Below, in pieces: positions 59,501-64,000 of a stretch of 64,000 nucleotides of DNA; position 1 is the stretch's first letter, and the number at the start of each line of letters is the position of its first letter. The notes beneath the pieces were generated by a model. It saw only the letters and a list, made by a program, of their open reading frames with translations. It was not told where the DNA came from and ran no database searches. The DNA comes from Bacteroidota bacterium (lineage in GTDB: Bacteria > Bacteroidota > Bacteroidia > SXHM01): assembly GCA_947478465.1 (NCBI GenBank), contig CANJWH010000010.1, positions 991-64,990 on the forward strand. Reading direction: 5' to 3'. The position numbers and the translations under genes were made by a program.

Positions 59501-62500
59501 GTAGTTCCGTTATCTAAGTCAATACCAGTTATAACAACGTTTCCGTTTGCATCCAAAGCAACCGTAATATTCTGACAAACGATAGTTGGATTAATGGTAT
59601 CCTGAACAGTTACAACAGCTGTGCAGGTTGAAATATTTCCGGAGTTATCGGTAGCAGTTAATGTTACAGTATTAGTTCCAACATTTGAACAATCAAATGC
59701 AGAAGGCGAAACAGTAAGTGAAGCAATTCCGCAGGCAGCGTTTGTTCCGCCATCAACTTGTGCAGCTGTAATAATTACGTTTCCGGTTGCATCTAATTGA
59801 ACCGTGATGTCCTGGCAAACTGCAGCAGGCGCAACATTATTCTCAACTGTAACAATGGCTGTGCAGGTTGAAGAATTTCCGTATGCATCTGTAACAGTTA
59901 AGATAACTGTATTAATACCTTCATCTGTGCAATCAAATGTTGTTTGACTTGCTGTGAATGTTAATCCTGAATTGATGTCCGAACAATTATCTGTTGAACC
60001 ACCATCAATATCAATTGCACTGATTGTAACGTTTCCATTTGCATCTAACTGAACGGTAATATTCTGACAGATTGCAACAGGAGAAACAGTATCAGAAACC
60101 GTAACTATTGCATCGCATGAAGATGAATTTCCATAAGCATCAGTTACTGTTAAAGTAATTGTATTTGCACCGATGTTTGAACAATCAAATGAAGTTTGAC
60201 TTGCGCTGAATGTTAATCCTGAGCCCGAAGTTGAGCAGTTATCACTTGAACCGTTGTCAATGTCAGTAGCAACAGTTACTACATTTCCGTTTGCATCTAA
60301 CTGAACTATGATGTTCTGACAGATTACTGTTGGGTTTGTGTCATCCTGAATTGTTACTGTTGCACTGCACGTAGAAGAATTTCCATTGTTATCAGTTACA
60401 GTTAATGTTACCGTGTTTGCACCAATATTTGAGCAATCAAATGCTGAAGGAGAAACTGTCATTGAAGCAATTCCGCATGCATCAGAAGAATTGTTGTTTA
60501 CCTGAGCAGCAGTGATAACAGCATTTCCATTTGCATCTAAGTTTACAGTTATGTTCTGACAAATTGCAATTGGAGCCGTGTTATCCTGAACAGTAACGAT
60601 TGCTGTGCAGGTAGAAATATTTCCATGATTATCGGTTACAGTTAAAGTAACAGTGTTAGTTCCAACATTTGAACACGTGAATGATGAAGGAGAAACTGAA
60701 AGCGAAGCAATTCCGCATGCATCTGAAGAACCATTGTCAATTTGTGCTGCTGTGATAGAAGCAATACCCGCAGCGTTCAGTTGAACAGTGATATTCTGAC
60801 ATTGAGCAATCGGAGCAACATGATCCTGAATAGTAACAATAGCTGAGCAGGTTGCTGTGTTTCCGCTTTGGTCAGTAACAGTTAAGGTTACAGTATTTGC
60901 TCCTATGTTAGAGCAATTAAATGAAGAAGGATTAACACTTAATGTAACTGGTCCGCACTGGTCGCCTGAACCGTTATCAACCTGTGCCGCAGTAATGGTT
61001 GCATTCCCGTTTGCATCCAGTTGAACAGTAATGTTACGACAAAGTGCAATAGGAGGGTTGTTGTCTAAAACAGTAACAGTTGCTGTGCATGTGCTTTGAT
61101 TTCCGTTGTTATCAATTACTGTTAATGTTACTGTATTTGCACCAACATTCGCACAAGTAAATGTTGAAGGCGAAACACTCATTGCAGCAATCCCACAGTT
61201 GTCAAAAGAACCTCCATCCACATCAACAGGAAGAATGGAAATATTTCCGGTTGCATCTAACTGAACAGTTATGTTCTGACAGATTGCAGTTGGAGGTGTG
61301 CTTGCATTATCCTGTACTGTTATTGTTGCTGTGCAGGTAGAAACATTTCCGTTTACATCAGTAACAGTAAGTGTTACTGTATTTGCGCCAACATTTAAAC
61401 AGTTGAAAGTAATTTGCGGCTGTCCGTTAATAGCGATGGAAGCAATTCCGCAATTATCATTTGAACCATTATTGATTTGCGCAGCTGTTACAATTACAGA
61501 ACCTGTTTGGTCTAACTGAACAGTTATGTTCTGACAGATTGCAATAGGATCTACATTATCCTCAACCGTAACCGTAGCAGTGCATGAAGAAACATTTCCG
61601 TTTACATCTGTAACTGTTAATGTAACTGTATTTACTCCAACGTTTGCACAGCTGAAAGCAACCTGTTTTTGACCATTAATGGTTGATGAACCAATTCCGC
61701 ATGCATCGCTGGAAGCACCGGTAACCTGCGAATCTGTAACAATAACAATTCCATTTGAATCAAGTTCAACAATTATATTCTGACAAATGACTACAGGTGC
61801 AATTGTATCTTCAACAGTAACATTTGCAAGGCATGTAGAACTGTTTCCGCTAAGGTCGGTAACAGTTAAAGTAACCGTGTTAAGTCCAACATTTGAACAA
61901 TTAAATGTATTAGGAGAAACCGAAAGAGATGCAATTCCGCAATTATCAAAAGAACCGCCATCAACATCTGCAGCAACAATAGAAGCATTTCCTGTAGCAT
62001 CAAGCTGCACAGTTATATTCTGACAGATAGCTGTAGGTGGTGTGCTTGTATTATCAACAACTGTAATAGTTGCATTGCAGGTAGAAGTATTTCCATTCAC
62101 ATCAGTAACAGTAAGTGTTACTGTATTTGCACCAACATTTAAACAGTTGAAAGTAATTTGCGGTTGTCCGTTAATAGCGATGGAAGCAATTCCGCAATTA
62201 TCATTTGAACCATTATTGATTTGCGCAGCTGTTACAATTACAGAACCTGTTTGGTCTAACTGAACAGTTATGTTCTGACATATTGCATTCGGGTTAATAT
62301 TGTCTTGAACAGTTACAGTAGCATTACAAGTAGAAACATTTCCGTTTATATCTGTTACAGTAAGTGTTACCGTATTAGCTCCAACATTTGCACAGGTAAA
62401 CGTGTTTGGCGAAACGGATATGGATGCAATACCGCACGCATCTGAGCTTCCGTTGTTAACCTGTGCTGCTGCTACTGAAGCATTACCACCTGCGTTTAAC

Positions 62501-64000
62501 TGAACTGTTACGTTATGACAAAGTGCAACCGGTGGAGTAACATCAACAACAGTTACTGTTGCATTACATGAAGATGAATTTCCATTATTGTCAGTAACAG
62601 TTAGAGTTACTGAATTTGCACCAACATTCACACATGTAAATGAAGAAGGTGTAACAGACATTGAAGCAATACCACATGCATCAGAGCTTCCGTTGTTTAT
62701 TTGTGAGGCAGTAATTGTTGCTGTTCCTGCAGCATTCAAATTAATGCTGATGTTTTGACAAATGGCAACAGGATTTGTATTGTCAACGACAGTTACAGTA
62801 GCAGTGCATACAGAAGTATTTCCATTAACATCAGTAACTGTAAGTGTAACGGTGTTTGCTCCAACATTTGCGCACGTAAACGAAGAAGGTGAAACAGATA
62901 TTGAAGCAATACCACAGGCATCACTGCTGTTGTTATTTATCTGTGAAGCAGTAATTGAGGCTTTACCTGCAGCACTTAAATTAACAGTAATATTCTGGCA
63001 ATTTGCTACAGGAGCAACAATGTCCTGGACAGTAACGGTAGCATTACAGGTTGAAACATTTCCATGAATATCTGTTACGGTAAGCGTAACTGTATTAGCT
63101 CCTACATTTGCACAATTGAATGAACTTGGTGAAACATTTACTGATGCAATACCGCATGCATCCGAACTTCCGTTATTTATTTGTGATGCTGTGATGGATA
63201 CATTTCCTAAAGAGTTTAACTGAACTGTAATATTCTGACAAATCGCAGTTGGAGGTGTAACATCTGCAACTGTAACAACAGCATTGCAGGTTGAAGAATT
63301 TCCATGTATATCAGTTACAGTTAAGGTTACAGTATTAGCGCCAATATTTGCACATGTGAATGTTGACGGAGAAACTGAAAGGGATGCAATACCGCAAGCA
63401 TCAGTGGAGCCGTTATTTATTTGTGCTGCTGTAATCGAAACAGTTCCTGCTGAATTGAGATTAACACTTATATTTTGACAAACAGCAACAGGATTTGTGT
63501 TGTCAACAACGGTAACAGTAGCATTGCAGGTTGAAGAATTTCCGTTTACATCAGTAACTGTAAGTGTAACGGTGTTTGCTCCGACATTAGCACAAGTAAA
63601 AGAAGAAGGAGAAACAGAAATAGAAGCAATACCGCAAGCATCAGATGAGCCGTTGTTTACCTGTGAAGCATTAATGGAAATATTTCCTGTAGCATCAAGG
63701 TCAACAGTAATGTTCTGACAAACTGCAACAGGATTAATGTTATCTACTACAGTAACAGTAGCAGAGCAGGTAGAAACATTTCCGTTCACATCTGTAACAG
63801 TTAATGTTACAGGATTAGGTCCAACACCGGCACATGTAAACGAAGATGGGTTAACGGTCATGGATGCAATTCCGCATGCATCAGAACTACCGTTATTAAT
63901 CTGTGCTGCTGTTATAGTAACATTTCCTGCTGCATTTAACTGAGCTGTAATATTCTGGCAAAGAGCAGTTGGAGGAGTAATATCAGCAATGGTAACAGTA
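53551..64000 (-). CDS. giant SprB-like cell-surface adhesin, partial (5' end beyond window): HYR-like repeats + SprB repeats + PKD-like domains + type-B T9SS CTD
   Basis: One continuous minus-strand frame longer than 10.4 kb that stays open to the window edge. More than 25 repeats of about 80 aa (PVAICQNITVQLDANGN...SSDACGIAS...FTCANVGANTVTLTVTDVNGNSSTC), one canonical HYR (CPADIVIQPD...ATDNCAV...TCSFDITV), about 13 SprB-type repeats and PKD-like segments. The C-terminus (...KWGNLLWES...GAYIWKADA...) is a gliding-motility-type CTD. Confidence 0.85.
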   Translation of the reverse strand, partial: TVTIADITPPTALCQNITAQLNAAGNVTITAAQINNGSSDACGIASMTVNPSSFTCAGVGPNPVTLTVTDVNGNVSTCSATVTVVDNINPVAVCQNITVDLDATGNISINASQVNNGSSDACGIASISVSPSSFTCANVGANTVTLTVTDVNGNSSTCNATVTVVDNTNPVAVCQNISVNLNSAGTVSITAAQINNGSTDACGIASLSVSPSTFTCANIGANTVTLTVTDIHGNSSTCNAVVTVADVTPPTAICQNITVQLNSLGNVSITASQINNGSSDACGIASVNVSPSSFNCANVGANTVTLTVTDIHGNVSTCNATVTVQDIVAPVANCQNITVNLSAAGKASITASQINNNSSDACGIASISVSPSSFTCANVGANTVTLTVTDVNGNTSVCTATVTVVDNTNPVAICQNISINLNAAGTATITASQINNGSSDACGIASMSVTPSSFTCVNVGANSVTLTVTDNNGNSSSCNATVTVVDVTPPVALCHNVTVQLNAGGNASVAAAQVNNGSSDACGIASISVSPNTFTCANVGANTVTLTVTDINGNVSTCNATVTVQDNINPNAICQNITVQLDQTGSVIVTAAQINNGSNDNCGIASIAINGQPQITFNCLNVGANTVTLTVTDVNGNTSTCNATITVVDNTSTPPTAICQNITVQLDATGNASIVAADVDGGSFDNCGIASLSVSPNTFNCSNVGLNTVTLTVTDLSGNSSTCLANVTVEDTIAPVVICQNIIVELDSNGIVIVTDSQVTGASSDACGIGSSTINGQKQVAFSCANVGVNTVTLTVTDVNGNVSSCTATVTVEDNVDPIAICQNITVQLDQTGSVIVTAAQINNGSNDNCGIASIAINGQPQITFNCLNVGANTVTLTVTDVNGNVSTCTATITVQDNASTPPTAICQNITVQLDATGNISILPVDVDGGSFDNCGIAAMSVSPSTFTCANVGANTVTLTVIDNNGNQSTCTATVTVLDNNPPIALCRNITVQLDANGNATITAAQVDNGSGDQCGPVTLSVNPSSFNCSNIGANTVTLTVTDQSGNTATCSAIVTIQDHVAPIAQCQNITVQLNAAGIASITAAQIDNGSSDACGIASLSVSPSSFTCSNVGTNTVTLTVTDNHGNISTCTAIVTVQDNTAPIAICQNITVNLDANGNAVITAAQVNNNSSDACGIASMTVSPSAFDCSNIGANTVTLTVTDNNGNSSTCSATVTIQDDTNPTVICQNIIVQLDANGNVVTVATDIDNGSSDNCSTSGSGLTFSASQTSFDCSNIGANTITLTVTDAYGNSSSCDAIVTVSDTVSPVAICQNITVQLDANGNVTISAIDIDGGSTDNCSDINSGLTFTASQTTFDCTDEGINTVILTVTDAYGNSSTCTAIVTVENNVAPAAVCQDITVQLDATGNVIITAAQVDGGTNAACGIASLTVSPSAFDCSNVGTNTVTLTATDNSGNISTCTAVVTVQDTINPTIVCQNITVALDANGNVVITGIDLDNGTTDNCSNSGSGLIYTASQTNFDCSNIGANTVTLTVTDANGNSSSCDAVVTITDTVSPTVICQNITVQLDANGNAVITAVEVDNGSFDNCSTPNNGLTYSVSETNFDCSNVGANTVTLTVTDAFGNSSSCTATVTINDEIDPIAICQDITVQLDANGQVTIDSSQVNNGSSDNCGIATMTVNPNTFTCAGIGTNSVTLTVTDVNGNVSTCISTVTVQDNVDPIAICRDITIDLDGTGNISIVSSQVDNGSSDACGIASMTVSPNTFDCSNVGSNTVTLTVTDLNGNVATCSSTVTVVDATNPNAICQNITVALDSNGVISITAAQIDNGSTDACGIDTMIISVSSFNCGNVGENLVTLTVTDVNGNSDNCFSTITVVDNIAPEFTLCPADIVIQPDSSNCNPYATWNTPIATDNCAVTSLTSNFQSGNSFPVGTTTVTYTAIDASGNTTTCSFDITVLANPLLVSAVADTFSCGFNITCPGGNNGTATALPAGGCMPYSYLWSNGQTSQVATGLSATTYSVTVTDGLGNTATTSITLTEPTPLTVDSLTSPVNAGGWNINCANTNNGSINLALSGGADCADYNYAWTGPNGFTSTDENLVFVFAGTYYVTITDINGCSINDSITLTEPELLEVNLIDQHNVSCSGLADGYATVDATGGASGYQYLWSDGQTSSTATNLSAGVYFVSVTDNNGCIASTNVLIGEPNPLIAYATVTSDYNGTDISCAGDADGMAEVLVNGGTPGYTYQWSNGSTDYFATDLAAGTYFVTSTDANGCDTTVSVTLVDPMVLTADVVSIVTPSCNGVANGSATVQAAGGTPGYFYFWSNTQTGSTATGLAAGTYTVTVSDTNGCNVILTVIVGEPQPLAIPSNNIAVSDVSCNGGNDGAIDITPSGGTAPYSYSWSNGSTTEDISGLIAGTYSITLADSLGCDTTINIVVNEPEQLVATISSTTQPSCNGNNNGSATVSVTGGTAPYTYLWVNGQTNATATNLAEGIYDVTVTDANNCTTTTQAGIVNPITLTVSADVTSDFNSEDVSCFGAGNGVATATPSGGTAPYTYLWSNGQTGSVASNLFAGTYIVTAADANGCSSTDTIQVVNPTQLTAVIENTSSVSCAGVANGSATVNVTGGVAPYTYSWANGQTTQTATGLAFGIHQVTVVDANGCSQTVFADITEPPSLTATILDILNVTCNGGSNGAGFINVIGGTAPYTFLWSNGATTHDLNGVGAGEYSVQITDASGCDTSLSLVITQPSPMSAFIENQVNVGCAGGATGSASINVSGGIPGYTYVWDNGQTTQTVSDLPAGLHSVTIRDANQCITIVNFVITENAVLSAGDVDVNNVTCNGENNGSISFNIAGGNTPYTYAWSNGQTTVPATNLLAGDYSVNITDSTGCALQLSFTVSEPAALDLTISNIVQPACGGSATGIATVAVVGGTPTYHYAWDNGQTTATATNLTSGSHTVIVTDAAGCSDSTTVTISAPGNMAISLIGSSQPTCFGGVNGTATVLVTGGTTPYSYDWTPSNNTTSTATGLSAGIYIVIATDANGCAASQTITIGQPAQLVADINSIGNVVCAGDSITISATATGGNGVYTYSWNNGLGNGASHIVLPSVPTTYVVTVTDGLGCVGTQDSVTVTISAPPVAAFTVPSTNTYSCTYPVTVDFTNTSTNAVSYSWNFGNGTNATTTNGQASFDTTGTYTVVLTATSASGCIDTSDYVYNVYPAPTASFALSGNSGCAPYTVTFTNNSVDGVTYYWSFGDGDTSMLSNPSHTYEIPGTYDVTLVVSGGGICNDTLELTSAVTVLQTPVADFTSDYFNVVDPDGQIQFTNLSTGATTYDWDFGDGQTSTLTDPINNYSDNGEFDVTLIAYSGAGCSDTITQTVEVELFKGLFMPNALIVGGDGDFGYFLPKGIGVATYHCMIFDKWGNLLWESSKLIDGKPVESWDGRYNGVVVPQGAYIWKADATFMDGTQWEGMEHEDGRFSNTGNVTVLQ

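Noticed and set aside
54709-63943. About 20 plus-strand ORFs of 60-150 aa with repetitive V/T/S-rich translations
   Set aside because: Antisense reading of the HYR/SprB repeat DNA. Their near-identity reflects the tandem repeats, not genes.

Overview
The window reads as a Bacteroidota chromosome segment. It uses T9SS type-A and type-B C-terminal sorting domains, encodes SprB/HYR-type giant adhesin repeats, and GC content looks about 40%.

Positions 1-48600 are mostly housekeeping genes. These include an M28 peptidase (partial), sulfate activation cysC-cysD-cysN, a di-heme cytochrome c peroxidase, two OmpA-family proteins, an aminotransferase and manC. Further on come RDD, plsC, rnhA, ssb, sodA, an HMW FabG-like reductase, fumC, and a serA-like dehydrogenase with a class-V aminotransferase. 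A four-gene cluster of T9SS cargo proteins follows, two of them paralogues with a PHM/DBH-like copper-monooxygenase histidine pattern. After it come bacilliredoxin, an NhaD-like transporter, TerC, purQ, a MORN/YwqK-like protein, cysS, an M28 peptidase, a type-B-CTD adhesin and metF. The last genes of this stretch are an SRPBCC protein, tatD, ansA, tRNA-Ser(GGA), a long acyl-CoA dehydrogenase, a galM-like epimerase and mfd.

A 60-65 bp palindromic intergenic element recurs in this stretch: four full copies and one degenerate half-copy.

Positions 48600-53500 look like an accessory islet. It holds an M28 membrane peptidase, a divergent in-frame duplicate of the mfd 3' end, and a 560-aa protein built from seven tandem Cys/His zinc-ribbon-like modules around a DUF559/Vsr-like nuclease core. 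It also holds a 660-bp intergenic region with two families of iteron-like direct repeats, an XRE-type HTH regulator, and an overlapping antitoxin/ParE-RelE toxin pair.

From 53551 to the window edge runs the 3' part of a giant gene on the minus strand (more than 10.4 kb, more than 3436 aa in the window). It encodes an SprB-like adhesin made of dozens of HYR-like repeats, SprB repeats, PKD-like domains and a type-B T9SS CTD. It contains near-identical internal DNA repeats.
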